Shown here: in pieces, positions 51,160 through 63,920 of the stretch | Layout of the letters: each line of letters opens with the position of its first letter | Position numbering within the stretch: the first letter of the stretch is position 1 | Assembly: GCA_951406725.2 (NCBI GenBank) | Contig: OX597814.1 | Coordinates: forward strand, 78,740,001 to 78,804,000 | Direction: 5' to 3' | Origin: Octopus vulgaris | Taxonomy: Eukaryota | Length of the DNA stretch: 64,000 bases | Notes under the pieces: generated by a model | The model's database searches: none | Told to the model about the DNA's origin: nothing | The model's input: the letters and a program-made list of their open reading frames with translations, nothing else | Position numbers and translations under genes: made by a program

Positions 51160-51870
51160 CAAAGGGTTGGAGTGCTACTGCCTAGTGGTAGGTATTAAGA
51201 AGGGCATCCAACAGTAAAAACCATGCCAAAACAGACCTCACCAGTGCTGGTGCTACATAAAAAGAACTCAGTCCACTCTAAGTTAGTTAGCATTAGGAAG
51301 GGCATGCAGCTGTAAAAACCATACCAAAGCAGACAGCGAAGCTTGGTGCAGTCTTCTGGCTTGTCAACTCCTGTTAAACCATCCAACCCATACCATAGAA
51401 AACAAACATTAAATGATGATGATGATAATGATGGTTGAGTTAGCCAGCATCCAGAATAGAAGATGGCAGCACCTTATTTAAAGAAAATTGCATTTTATGT
51501 ATAAAAACACAAACAATTAGTGTGTTAGAGAAGACATGGACAGATGAATCTGTAAGGAATGAAACAACTAGCCAAAAAATTTTTTGTTGGAATCCATTAC
51601 CAGAAGTGTATGGTATCATGGTATCTGTAAACAAACTGGCAGTGAACAGGTACAATAGGACAAATCACTATTATAATGTCAATGACAAAGTTTCAAATAT
51701 TTTCACATAGAATTTTCAAAATTTCCATCTGTAAAGTGGTTGGTGTTCAGAAGGGCATCCAACTGTAGAAACCATGCCAAAACTGACATGGAACCTGAAC
51801 AGCCCTTCAGCTGGTCAGCTCCTGTCAAACCATCCAACCCATGCCAGCATGGAAAACAGACATTAAATCA
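51160..51870 (+). mobile_element. Two family C (RTE-X-type) 3' tails (51160-51435, 51730-51870)
   Basis: Repeated AAGGGCATCCA...AAACCATGCCAA...CCATCCAACCCAT motifs. Confidence 0.75.
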
Positions 51871-52158
51871 CTGCCGTTTTAATGTCCACTTTTCCATGCT
51901 TATAAGAGTCAAGACAGTTTATTGAGGCACATTTTTTACAGTCGGATGCCCCCATCCCATTGCTAACCCTCACGTTTCCAAACAAAGTAATATTTCCCCA
52001 TGGCCAAACGTGTTTTCCCAAAATATTGCAAATAATTGACACTAATTGTGTGACAGTGACACTAATTTAAAACTACCCTGTTAAGACAAGGAAACATAAA
52101 CACACACACACCCATGTACACACACAAATACATACATACATTCATATATATATATATA

Positions 52159-53397
52159 TTAGGGGTGTTTGGAAAGTAATTACATTTTTTCACCACTATG
52201 AAATGTGAATCAACGAATCACATCAGAGTCAAAGTTGAATGGGTGGGAACTGTCTAGAAATTGTATATCATCTCTTTTATCCAGCAGTGCGTCATTCATA
52301 ATTATTTTGGTAATTAACCCCATGGAGGATAAGAACTTTATGAAACAACACAGATTCCATTACTTACGGTATAAGTTTTAAAAGAAAAGTACCATTATTT
52401 GTGACATGTATCTGGATGCAGTGATAGGTCGTACATGTCAACTGTGGCTTAAAAGGTTTAAAGATGATGATTGTAACATATCCAATAAGCCTCACTCTGG
52501 AAGATGACCCACTCTGAGTGATGACCTTTTGATTGAGACTATTGTATTGGATCCATGTTAAAGCACAACAGTTTTGGCACAAAAATTTAATGTGTCATAT
52601 TCAACTATCCATGGACATCTCAAGCAAAATGGAAAAATATGCAAAGATGGAATTTGGGTGCTACATGTGCTTATGCTTGGGAACTGAACACAACATTCCA
52701 CCATTGGCAGCAGTCTTCTAACCAGGAATAACAATGTATCAATTCTGCCGTGCATTGTTACAGGTGATCAAAAATAGGTTTTGCATCACAACAGAAAACG
52801 AATATAATGAGAGGTCAGTGTCAACACCAAAACCAGAACTCCATCCACAAAAATCCTTGCTCTGTGTTTGGTGGAACATGAAAGGTATCATCCATTATGA
52901 GCTACTGGAACATCAGAGGACTATCAATGCAGATGTTTATTGCTAACAATTTGATCAAATGAATGAAAAATTATGTTGAAAGAGGCCAGCTGTGGTAAAC
53001 AGAAAAGGTGTTATTCTCCAGCATGACAAGGCATGGCTACACTTTCAAAATAAACTCAAGAAAAAATAAGGTCATTAGGATGGGAAGTTCTTCCACATTC
53101 TCCATAGTTACCTGGCTTAGCACCTACAGATTTCCATATGTTTCGATCACTAGAACATTCTATAAGAGACAAAACGTTCAGAAACAGAGAGGAAGTTGAA
53201 AACAGTCTTTCAGACATTTTTCTGGAAGAGAAATAGGTTTCTTTGAATGTAGCATAAAAAAGTTATTTTCCCATTGGGCTGCAGTTGGTGAAAATGATGG
53301 TGATTACATTCTTGATTAAAACTATTCAGATAAATGTAGTTTACATTCGTTTATAAATCCTTTCTGGTGAAACACATTCATTTTTTGAACACCCTAA
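52159..53397 (+). mobile_element. Full-length degenerate mariner element
   Basis: Imperfect TIRs TTAGGGGTGTT...TTCACCA and TGGTGAA...AACACCCTAA; WVLH, IVTGDQK, LHPQKSLLCVWW, LQHDKA, LAPTDF motifs with stops. Confidence 0.9.
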
Positions 53398-53431
53398 CAC
53401 ACACACGCACACATATATATGTATATCCTTT

Positions 53432-53635
53432 ATCTTTTACTTATTTCAGTTATTTGACTGTGGCTGTGCTGGGGCACTGCCTTGAAGAATTTTTAGTCAA
53501 AGGAATCAACTCCAATCAACTTTGTTTTTTTTAAACCTGGTACTTATTCTCTCAATCTCTTTTGCTGAATCGCTAAGTTATGGGAACATAAACACACCAA
53601 GGTGCCATGCAGTAGGACTGAACCTGTAACCATAA
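53432..53635 (-). mobile_element. SINE family A, internally deleted
   Basis: Tail plus CCAAGGTGCCATGCAGTAGGACTGAACC. Confidence 0.75.
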
Positions 53636-54389
53636 GTTGGATTTTCTAGGTAACAATGAAATCACCAAATAAAAAACACAGAACTTCTGGAAAAATTTCT
53701 TGGAAATTTCTTGGTGATAAACAGGAATGAAACCGAAAGGAGTAGAATCATTTCTCATCTATCAATTGCTACTAAATCCATAGCTTAACAGTGATTTATG
53801 AGCCAACTGCTAATGAAAGGTTCACCTTTTTCTTTCTTTTCTTTTCTTTTTTCACTAAATAGAAATTAAAAATAATAATTAATAAATATATAAATGTTCA
53901 TTTATACCAGTAATGGTGCAGGTCTGTGAGCCAGAAAAGGCTGTTAGAGCACTGATAATCAATATGAAATGCATTGATTCTCTTTAGCCAATCTATTTTG
54001 ATTAATAGCCAATTAATTCTTTATTTGCTTTCAAACTAATCAGCTTTAATAGGTCCTAAAATGAGATATTTTAACGCACTCAAGCCATTTATTACATAAA
54101 CTACAACCTGCAACTGAATACTACATGATAATAGGTAAGTTTCATCATTATTTAGGTGACTTAATCAATACAATAAAAACAGCAATAGCAGATGATAACA
54201 CACAGTTCAGAAATGGCTGAAAATTGAGAATAGCTTTTGTTTTTGCTTTATATATTTTCTTGATAATAGTCATGTTTATAGTGATAGAAATATAAAGTCT
54301 CTTTAAGCTTATGAAAGATGTGTTTCACAGGAAGTGTTCAAAGCATGATATACAAACATTGATGTAAAATATTTGAAACAGCAATGGTG

Positions 54390-54812
54390 TACTGCTTCCC
54401 AATCAAATGGTTTTAGGTTCAGTCCCACTACATGGCACCTTGGGTATGTGTCTTCTACTATAACCCTAGGCCTTTGTGAATGGATGTGGTAGGCAGAAAG
54501 TGAAAGAAACTCGTCAAGCGTGCATGCATGTGTGTTTGTGTGTGCTTTGTTTTTCTGTTTCTTTACCATCACCACTTGACAACAACTAACTGGTGTTGGT
54601 TTGTTTACATCACTGTAACTTAGTGGTTTGGCAAAACAGATTGATGAAATAAGTACCAGAATTTAAAATAAAACGTCTTGGGGTTGATTTATTCAACTAA
54701 ACCCTCCAATGTGGTGGGAGCAACTCTCCAGCTTGCTAGCTCTGGTCAAGATGTTCAACCATGCCAGCACGGAATATGGACATTAGAGGATGTTAACGAT
54801 GATGATGATGGA
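54390..54812 (+). mobile_element. SINE family A followed by a family C tail
   Basis: GGTTCAGTCCCAC...CTTGGGGTTGATTT, then CCATGCCAGCACGG...GTTAACGATGATG. Confidence 0.75.
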
Positions 54813-54974
54813 TGCAATTGACTCTCATGTATAGTATGTATTTCTTTGAGCTTCATTACTGGATACTAGTATAAGTGGTAGTATGTTAGCATACTAAGTA
54901 ATATAGGTTTGATTTCTAATTGAGTTTGTACTTCTTTTACTTCTCTTATTGCAATTTTTTTTTTGCACAGATAA

Positions 54975-55765
54975 ACAGGAGAGAGATGGTCTTCACTGCC
55001 AACTTCTTCAAGATACATTACCAGAAAACTGAAGTCTGGTGGTGATAATTCAGGAATATATTACACGGTTACAAGGCATTTTCATTAATGAAAACAAATT
55101 TGACAAATGTATACAGCTTTAAAAACACTATACTCTTTGACCTGTATCTAACAACTGAATAAGCTTGTGGATAATGCAACAACTTAGCACAAAAGCAGAA
55201 CATTATAAAATCAACAGTAAAAGGTTATAAATACATGATAAAATCAACTAAAGAATATATACACACCCTAAATACAACTAAATCAAAGCGTAAACTGGTA
55301 TCCTTAGACAAAGAAGACCTCTTTACAAATATCTCTGCAGATTCCACAATAGACACTATTATCAAACAAATGTATGATAATTGTACAAGACTGAAACATC
55401 TGTTGATTGTACAAAATAGGCACACACACACACATGCAGACACATGATTGTCAAAAGTGAGTACCAAAGGAGAGCTATTCCATAAGCCAACTAACAAGCT
55501 CTATATTTAGACAAATGGAATGTTTAGAGATTCTCCTTTGGGATCTTTATTCACTATCTTCTAAGTGGAAGACAAGGAGGAAATGAAGAGCAAAGCAATT
55601 CTAACTTAAAATCTGAAAATATACTGAAAGTATGTAAGATTAACAAGTTTGCTTATGTAACAAATATGAAACTTGACTGAAAAACATAGATTGAAAATAA
55701 AATGCTCTATTACAATTCATGATTAGAAGCAAACAAGAAATTTCCAGTTTTAGATACAACAATGA
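54975..55765 (+). mobile_element. Penelope-like element reverse transcriptase fossil
   Basis: KLVSLDKEDLFTNISADSTIDTII (cf. LVSFDVxSLFTNVP), LYI*TNGMFRDSPLGSLF (cf. YxQxDGVxMGSPLGP), FPVLD (cf. LPFLD). Confidence 0.8.
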
Positions 55766-55833
55766 AAAAAAAAACAAAAAAACCAATAAACCCCATAAAA
55801 ACATATTGGCATGGAAGCAGTTTTAGTTCAAAT

Positions 55834-55933
55834 TAGCAATCTGTATATATACTTAAAGTACGTATACTGTTGAAAGCATTCTAACCCATAGTTTCAACAG
55901 CATATATACTTTAAGTATGTATTCAGATTACTA
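55834..55933. repeat. 100-nt hairpin: 42-nt arms, 16-nt loop
   Basis: TAGCAATCTGTATATATACTTAAAGTACGTATACTGTTGAAA versus TTTCAACAGCATATATACTTTAAGTATGTATTCAGATTACTA; 36/42 Watson-Crick pairs. Confidence 0.85.
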
Positions 55934-56124
55934 TATACATTTATACGTAACCAGAGTTTACATGGAAAATGAAAAAAAAAAAAAAAACTGCCTGTAACTA
56001 CATCAATCAACATGCAAATAACAGTTGCACATTTACATTAAAAATATCAATCCTAACATTTGCTCCTTAGAATAGCAGCATACCTAGCAAACACTAACCT
56101 ATGACTGTAATCTCTACACAACAT

Positions 56125-57300
56125 AGGCAGTCTACAGAAAATTTTTATAGTGCAGTTTTTTAATACTTCTATTTTTCAATTCTAAGTTAAACAATGCTCT
56201 TTTTTAATCTAGAATATACCCTCCTTCATTTTCTACAATACTTTTCTATCCATTTGGTAGACTTGCAAATTTCACTTCCAAAATTCACTTGCCTGTGATG
56301 AAAAGTACTCCTCCAATATTGTTCTGACCTTGTCTACAGAAGTCAAATTTTTTCTGTCCAAATGATTTTGAAGATTGTGGAGTAAATGATAATCAAATGG
56401 GGCAATGTCTGGCGAATATAGTGGATGGGGCTTCATTTCCATTTCAAACTGTGCAATCTTTGGAATGAGCATTATCCTGTTAGGAAAACATCTTTCATCT
56501 TGAAACCAAAGATAGTCATTTTACTTCTAGCACTGACTTAAGCTGCTGAAGCTACTCACAGTAGATCTTTGTTATCATTTGGTTTGGGTTTAAAAGTTCA
56601 AAGTGGACTAAACCTCTCATATCCCACCAAACAAATAACACCTTATGTGGGTGAAGACCTTCTTTAGACTGGGGTACCTGTGTTTCTTCTTTCCCTACTC
56701 ACTGTCTTTGGCACTTGACATTTTTATAGAGAACCCATTTCTTGTCACCAGTCACTATATGATCCAAATAAGGTTCATTCACGAGACATGACAGCAAAGA
56801 CGAGCACACATTCACTCTCTGTGCATGATTAGACTCAGAAAGTTCATGAGGAACCCATTGACCCAACAAATCCAAACTTCTCTGCTAGTTCCTCAACAGT
56901 TATGATGGAATTTTGTTCTACCAGGGTTTGCAGGATGTTCTCACTGAGCTCTACAGATCTTCCAGGATGAGGCTCATCTTCTAGGCTGTAGTTTCTGGCT
57001 TGGAATTTCTGGAACCACTGTTGATACTGGCTTACACGCATTGTCCAGTCCCCAATATTGCATTAATATTCCTTGCACTTTCCCTTGTTGCCTTTATTGA
57101 ACTCATAAAGCAAAATATGCCGAATATGCTTTTTTGTCATTTCCATTATAGCTGGTCTCATACCAAAATTTGAAACCAATATACACCAAGATAAAATTAG
57201 ATAAAACTGAATGGTTACACTAGTGTGTTGCATACTAAACAAGAATAGTTCAGGAATCACATATCGTGTAGCAAAACCATATAATTTTGCATATTTTCTT
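56125..57300 (-). mobile_element. Near full-length degenerate mariner, same family as 21446-21992
   Basis: MEMTKKHIRHILLYEFNKG, QQWFQKFQARNYSLEDEPHPGR, IVTGDKKWV, PHPLYSPDIAPFDYHL. Confidence 0.92.
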
Positions 57301-58499
57301 TGTAACACATAATGAAAATATTGATTCCAGAATTCATTTTATTCATTGGAATTATTTTGGGACATATACTAATTCTGTTCTATATCTGGGACACATACTA
57401 ATTCTTGAATTGCGCTCGGTCAGTTATTAAATCTGTGATTTTATGTTTACACTAAAAGAACTATATCATGGGAATGTCATTGTTAGTGTTTTAAACATAC
57501 ATACAATGTTATATTAATTTTCATTTGTTATCATTTTGTAATAATATATTATTAGGTTTCAAAACCTAATATCAGTAAACCCATCATACCTCTTTGATGA
57601 GTTCAATGAAATACTAATTCACTCTCTTGGAGATACAGTTAAACAATGTGTCGGTGACCAGGTCATAAATGCATCATAGAGATATGGTGAAAGAAAGTAT
57701 AAGTTGTAGAGGTACAACTTTGATGCACGATGATATATTATTATTACAAAATAATATTCAGTATAACCATTATATAATGTCCTAGCACCAATCTGCTTTG
57801 CTCCAGCTTTTCTAACTCAACTCTGTAATGGGAAGTTCTTCAAGGTGTATTTACAGAAGGGCATGAACACAACACTGTAAGAATCCATGACCTGGTTTTA
57901 ATTTCAGAGTAGAATTATTTCAGTTAGTTTTGTTATCTAAACACAGTTCTACTGGAACTCCACCTTAAACATGTCAACAATGCCAGTGTGACATTAAACA
58001 TTTGGCAGTTAGCCTGACACTTGTGGTTTTAGCACTCTACTTTTTCACTGTCGAAAAGACATGTAACTATTTTCAAAACAGTATTTTCAAAACTATTTTC
58101 AAAACAGTAATGTCAGTTGTTTCTACAGTGAAGTAAAAAGAAAAAGAAAGAAAAAGAAAAAAAATAGGGTTTAGGTTCTAAAACAGCTGGTATATTTTCC
58201 ATTTCAGTTTTAGAAAACTAATCTTTCCCTGAAGATATTCTGATAAGCTGAAGGCATACTGAGTAATGATTGCTAAGACTTAAAGGGACCATTGAGAAGA
58301 ATACTTCAAAACATGAAGCAATGAAGAAATTAATCACTTCTTGGACAGAATGTCTGTCTGTGACAGGTAAAATGTCCAGCTTATTTATTACTTTTTTCTA
58401 TAAGTTAGGGAGTGTAATCAGAAAGAAGAGTACAGTAGTCTGTGGTCCATGAGTATTTGATCTGCTTTGCTATCTTGCTTATGCACTGGCTATTAAAGC

Positions 58500-58840
58500 A
58501 GTGAATTGGCAGAGAGGTTAGAGAGATGGATGGAATAGCCCATGATATTTGTTCCAACTCTGAACTCAGAGTTCAAATCCTGCTGAAGTCAACTTTGCCT
58601 TTCAACCATTTGGAATTGATAAAAACCAGTATAAAGTGGTGAATTGGCAGATCTGGTGAATTGGCACATCAAAAAAAATGTTTTATACTATCTCTTCTGG
58701 TTCTTTGAATTCTGATAGCAATGCCTAGCTATATTGCCCCAAGTTGGCTTCCTTTTCCTTGGATAAACATGGGCATCATGGAATGAGGAATCTTGTATGC
58801 ATGGGAAGCTGCTAGTCTTCCTCAAGAGCTCTTGCTCAGT
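58500..58840 (+). mobile_element. Degenerate family B copy followed by a family D tail fragment
   Basis: GAGTTCAAATCCTGCTGAAGTCAACTTTGCCTTTCA; then TTCCTTGGATAAACAT...TATGCATGGG...GTCTTCC. Confidence 0.6.
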
Positions 58841-59747
58841 CTAATGAATACATGTGCAAATACATGGCCAACATTGGAAGACAGAGTTTCTATAAAACAA
58901 GACAGAGTGGCTGACAGATGAAGCTGCTTGACTATTGCATACATAACTCTGAGTTCAAATATTGTTACAAACTAAAATTTATTGTGTCTTTAAGCAAGAC
59001 ACATTATCTTAGCTACCCCATTTCAACTAGCTAACAATAGTGCATTGTTATAATACCTATTTATTTGGAAAAATATGACCCCTGCTGCCCTAAAATCCTT
59101 TGTTTTACAGTTTCAATATCATGTATATGATGATGAATTCCTTAACATGGTGGATCTTGGGGACAAGACTAAAGTTTATGTCTTCCTAACTGAGCAACTA
59201 TGACTATCTCCTTTTTGAGACAGTTTATTTCAGGTTATGTCATCCCAAAACAGTAGGGTCTAATTCAATAGAGATCTGACAGTTATTTTTAGCAGGTCTA
59301 GCAACCACAAAGAAGATATTTCATTATTTTCATGCAGTGTTTGGGCAAATCAACTGAGATTCCAGAATTCTTCTTACCCCAGCCTGCCTAACACAAAACT
59401 ATTACACTCATGGAAAAATTTAAACAGAGCACTTCAAACCAATGAAACACTTTTCCATAAAATTACATAATGCTCCTACTGTTTTTTTAAAATTTCTTCT
59501 TGAAGTGAGCCTTATTTATCAACAGTACCTATTTACATTATTGAGGAATGGGCTATGAACACAAATAGCACTGGTGACCGAACATAACTGTTGATCCTTT
59601 GGTTCACAGTCTGAAATCCTATCAAACTGACCTGGCCATAGGCTGTGGCTACCTTGTTGAGTTGTACTGCTATAATGTGCATCCTTGTGTGGGCTAAACA
59701 AATGCAGCCCTTTCTCACACCAGCTGTCACCTCTCTGATGTAAATAG

Positions 59748-60078
59748 GACTGCCTTTGGTCATGAATAACCATGGGATTGCACCGAGAAAGTTACCCTCT
59801 GAGGCACAAGTCCAGGCAAGATTGTTTATGAAAGACTAGCAGTTGCTCAAGCATACTAGCCTCTCCTCTCCACACCACCAATGTTATCCAAGAGAAAGGC
59901 AAAGGCTGATACTGCTTGACACCAGTGATGTCACAACTCATTTCTACAACAAAATGAACTGGAGCAATGTGAAATAAAGTGTCCTGCTCAAGAACACAAC
60001 ACACAGCCCAGTCCAGGAATTGAACTTGCTACCTCATGATTGTGATCCTGATGCTCTAACCACTGAGCCATGCACCTT
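59748..60078 (-). mobile_element. SINE family D
   Basis: Paralogue of 3495-3829; head TGCATGGCTCAGTGGTTAGAGC...AGTTCAATTCC on the minus strand. Confidence 0.88.
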
Positions 60079-60869
60079 CACTTCTTTGATGTACTGCTAG
60101 GTAAAGGATGCAAGGGTTGAGAAGGGGATTGTGTACACTCATGACAACATGTATCTCTAAAGTGAGAGTAAATCACAGAATAGGAGAGACAATCTTTTCT
60201 GTTCTCAAGTCATATTTACTTGGGCATGATGAGAGAGAGAGAGAGAATGAGAGAGATGCACACACACACACACACACACACACATGCAAGAATATCCTAT
60301 TTAAATTTATTACTCACTGGGTCTTTATTAAAAAACGAAAAATGGTAACATTAAAAAAACTTCCATGTGCTATTTTTGTTTGCTTTACTGCCTTCCCACC
60401 CTGTACAATGTTTGTGCAGTTGTTTCTGGAATCATTCATAGAGATCAATTGTCAAATAGACTTATAGCATTTCCTTGTCATATATAAATCCTTCTCCATC
60501 TGTCACATTCTTTTTTACTCTTGTTTTTCTTTTTTTAATTTATTTTGGGCTGGGAACATGTAAAAGAACATTTAACTTAACATTCTCAATTATGCTAATG
60601 TTGCCAGCAGGCCTATTCATTAGTTGTGAGAACAAAATTCAATATCTAGTATTATAAGCAAAACTATGTAAACGGATTTCTTGTTTGTTTCAATGATGAG
60701 TATTTAATTATCCAATCAGCTGAATTACCTGCTTAATAAATTGGCATGTGAGTGGCTCAGTATTCCACAGACACACATACTCTTAATATAATCCTTTGAC
60801 AGAATCAGTGTGATTCACAGCATGTGTGTGTGTGTGTGTAACAAGTCTACAATTACATGTACAATTTGC

Positions 60870-61010
60870 TGAACCAGTTTCACTTACAAGGCTTAGGTTG
60901 ACATGAGATTAATGTAAAGAAACACTTGCCCAAGATGCCATGCAGTGTGAGATTGAACTTGGAACCATTCAATTGCAAAGCACACTTCCTAACCATGTAG
61001 CCATTCTACT
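60870..61010 (-). mobile_element. SINE family A, 5' half, degenerate
   Basis: ACACTTGCCCAAGATGCCATGCAGTG...TTGAAC. Confidence 0.65.
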
Positions 61011-61934
61011 GCCATCTCTGATATCAATGTTTCATCATTGGTTAGTTATCTCTTTTTCTTTACCTACTTTGCTTACAGATAATAAAGAGATTAAACAATA
61101 ACATTTTGACCTGATCACAATTTACTGCATCAACAGACTAGCCATATATCAGCCTTCACATGGTATGAGATGGAAGGACTCAATTATTTCAAAGAGAACA
61201 GATCAAAACAATATAAAATTCTGAATTGTGAATTCTAACACAAACAGCAGATCACTGGAAATGATGGAATACAATATTTAATTTAGTCCTGCTGCATCTA
61301 GTCTTCATAATTCTGCCAGAGTTAGCATTGCTTTTCATCCCTTTTATGGTATATGATAAAGTTTGCATACTAGACATGTGTGGTGGTACATTCCAATTAA
61401 CTACAGTCCATCTCATTATTATTTTACATCTGGCATGTGTTAAATGAGTTGCCATGATCTGAGTAAATTCTTAGTAAGACTTACTGCTCTCCTAGATATG
61501 GCCAAGGGCCTTCATTTTGGTAGTTATGTCAGTTGCATGACCTTTCTAATACCAGCCACTTTATACAGTGTGCTGAGTAAATTTTTATAGTGGAACAAAC
61601 CCTAGAAAAATTGTCATGTCTTTGAGAAGACAAGAGTAGCAGGTTTTATCTGCCTTGTGATGCATCTCTTCATTCATCAACCATTTTGCAAAGTATACAG
61701 GGTTTATTTTATTGTGGAACTAGTACTAGAGGTCATCGGGCACTTGGTGAGATTAAGGGTGCTCTTGAATGTTCCAGAACCTATGATATCCCAGCGTATT
61801 TACCAACAATGTTTACATGCATTTTATTGTGAAACCAGCATTAGTGAGGTTGTCTAACCTGCAGGATGGAAGACGACTGGTCCTGGGTGAGTGTAAGAAA
61901 TCCTTATTGAGATAGAGAGAGAGAGAGAGAAATG

Positions 61935-62150
61935 GAATTGACAAAAAAAATTATCAAATGGACTAAATGGCTGCTACACAAGGATGCTACAAATGGCCAT
62001 AAATATGAATCAGCAGCAACATATGACAAACGAATGCCTTTATGGAGGCCTACCAAAAGTTAGTGAGAATATCAGGCAAAGACAGCTGCAACTATGTGGT
62101 CCCTGTGTGTACCACCCTGAACTGGAAGCATCCAAATTAGTCTTGTGCAT
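61935..62150 (+). mobile_element. RTE-clade LINE fragment
   Basis: LNGCYTRMLQMAINMNQQQHMTNECLYGGLPKVSENIRQRQLQLCG (cf. LDGCYTRMLRxALNxSWxxHxTNxxLYGxLP). Confidence 0.8.
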
Positions 62151-62404
62151 AAACTAGCATTGCAAGCAGAGTTGGTATAGAAACAGTTGTAACTGATTGT
62201 TGAAGTATTTATTTGTCTTATTATTTGGATCATATTTTACCCTTTACTAAACCCACACAACAGTTTTACCATGGTAAAACCAGAATTTTCTACACCTGAA
62301 AAATGTTGGTATTAGCCTGGAATTCAACAAAATATCCTATCTTTATACCCTACCAGAGCCTTAGATATTTATTTCTCTCTCTCTCTCTCTCTCCACACAT
62401 ATAT

Positions 62405-62838
62405 ATCAAACCAAATCAAAATAGATGAACATCAATGGAATTTGTACCTTTGTGGAACCAGTGCCGGTGGCACACAAGAAAACCATCCGAACGTGGCCGT
62501 AGCCAGTACCGCATCGACTGGCCTCCATGCTGTGGGCACGTAACAAGCACCATCCGATCGTGGCCGTTCGCCAGCCTCATCTGGCACTTGTGTCGGTGGC
62601 ACATAAAAAACACCATCCGAGCGTGACCGTTCGCCAGCCTCGTCTGGCACCTGTGTCGGTGGCACATAAAATCACCCACTACACTCTCGGAGTGGTTGGC
62701 GTTAGGAAGGGCATCCAGCTGTAGAAACACTGCCAGATCTGACTGGCCTGGTGCAGCCTTCGGGCTCCCCAGACTCCAGTTGAACCGTCCAACCCATGCT
62801 AGCATGGAAAGCGGACGTTAAATGAGGATGATGATGAT
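62405..62838 (+). mobile_element. Young RTE-X-type 3'UTR with ~63-67-bp internal tandem modules and (GAT)n tail
   Basis: ACCATCCG at 62482, 62549 and 62612; CpG intact; ends GCGGACGTTAAATGAGGATGATG. Confidence 0.85.
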
Positions 62839-62854
62839 ATATATATGTACATAC

Positions 62855-62993
62855 ATGATGAACAGTTTCCATGTACCAAATTCACTCAGAAGGCATTGGT
62901 TGGCCTGAGGCTATAGTAAAAGGCACTTGGCCAAGGTAACATAGTGGCTGAACCTAAAACCATGCAAGCTTCTTAACCACAGAGCCATGTCTA
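62855..62993 (-). mobile_element. SINE family A, 5' half
   Basis: TACCAAATTCACTC...GGCCTGAGGCTATAGTA...AACCACAGAGCCA. Confidence 0.7.
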
Positions 62994-63479
62994 TACCAAT
63001 CATGTTTTTTTCTTTAAAAAAAGAGGTAAAAATTACTATATCATATCTCAAAACTGGTGCATCTCAGTATTTCTCTATCTCAATGCCAAAAAACTATCTA
63101 TAACAACAACAACAACATAAACTACACAACTTTTCAGCTGAGTGGATGACACCTTATCCAATCAGACACTGAATATCCTTGATAATCCTCTGAGCCATCA
63201 CATATATCTATTCTGTCAAGTCTTGTTGGGAATTTGCTACTCTTTCTATGCATGTAGTAGCTGTCAGTACTCATTATGGGTTATCAAATGTAATAATTCT
63301 GATGATAAATCCTCTCTGTGAAAGTGAAGGTGATGAGGCAGAAAGAATACAAGGAAAGAAAAGAAAAGAAAAAAGGGAGCTATATTAGTTTACAGTGAAG
63401 ACAAGAAATATTTAATGTTTTGGTTAGTATTCTTCATTTTCAGATTTTTTCTTTCTACAGCAGATTAACATAATTCTTC

Positions 63480-63510
<31 letters not shown>

Positions 63511-63597
63511 TATATATACACACACACACACACGCACATATATATATACACATATATATATTTACATATAGATGTGTATACACATACACACATATAT

Positions 63598-63920
63598 GAA
63601 AGTGTGTGGCTTATTGGTTAGGGTATTCAGTTCAAAATCACAAGGTCATGAATTCAGTTCCTGGCAACACATTGTGTTCTTGAGTAAGACACTTTATTTC
63701 ACATTGTTCCAGTCCATTTAGCAGGCAAAAATGAGTTGTACCTGTATTTCAAAGGGCCAGCCTTGTCACACTTTAAGTCATACTGAATCTCCCAGAGAAC
63801 TATGTTAAGGGTACACGTGTCTGTGGAGTGCTCAGCCAAATGCATGTTAATTTCACAAGCAGACTGTTCCACTGATCAGATCAACTGAAACCCTCGTTGT
63901 CGTAACTGATGGCGTGTCAG
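63598..63920 (+). mobile_element. SINE with D-type head and CORE-like centre but a different tail (family D2; reversed fragment at 60725-60850)
   Basis: TGGCTTATTGGTTAGG A box, TTCTTGAGTAAGACACTTTATTTCAC core shared with D, tail AAAGGGCCAGCC...CCCTCGTTGTCGTAAC. Confidence 0.75.

Noticed and set aside
54930-55080. Apparent splice acceptor (polypyrimidine tract plus CAG at ~54970) and exon
   Set aside because: All three frames contain early stops, and the downstream sequence reads as Penelope RT remnant.
57590-57625. TTGATGAG...GAAA hammerhead-like string
   Set aside because: Stem II overlaps the GAAA and there is no stem III.
62461-62690. CRISPR-like repeat-spacer appearance
   Set aside because: The units are wholly similar tandem modules in a eukaryotic LINE 3'UTR; there are no unique spacers or cas genes.
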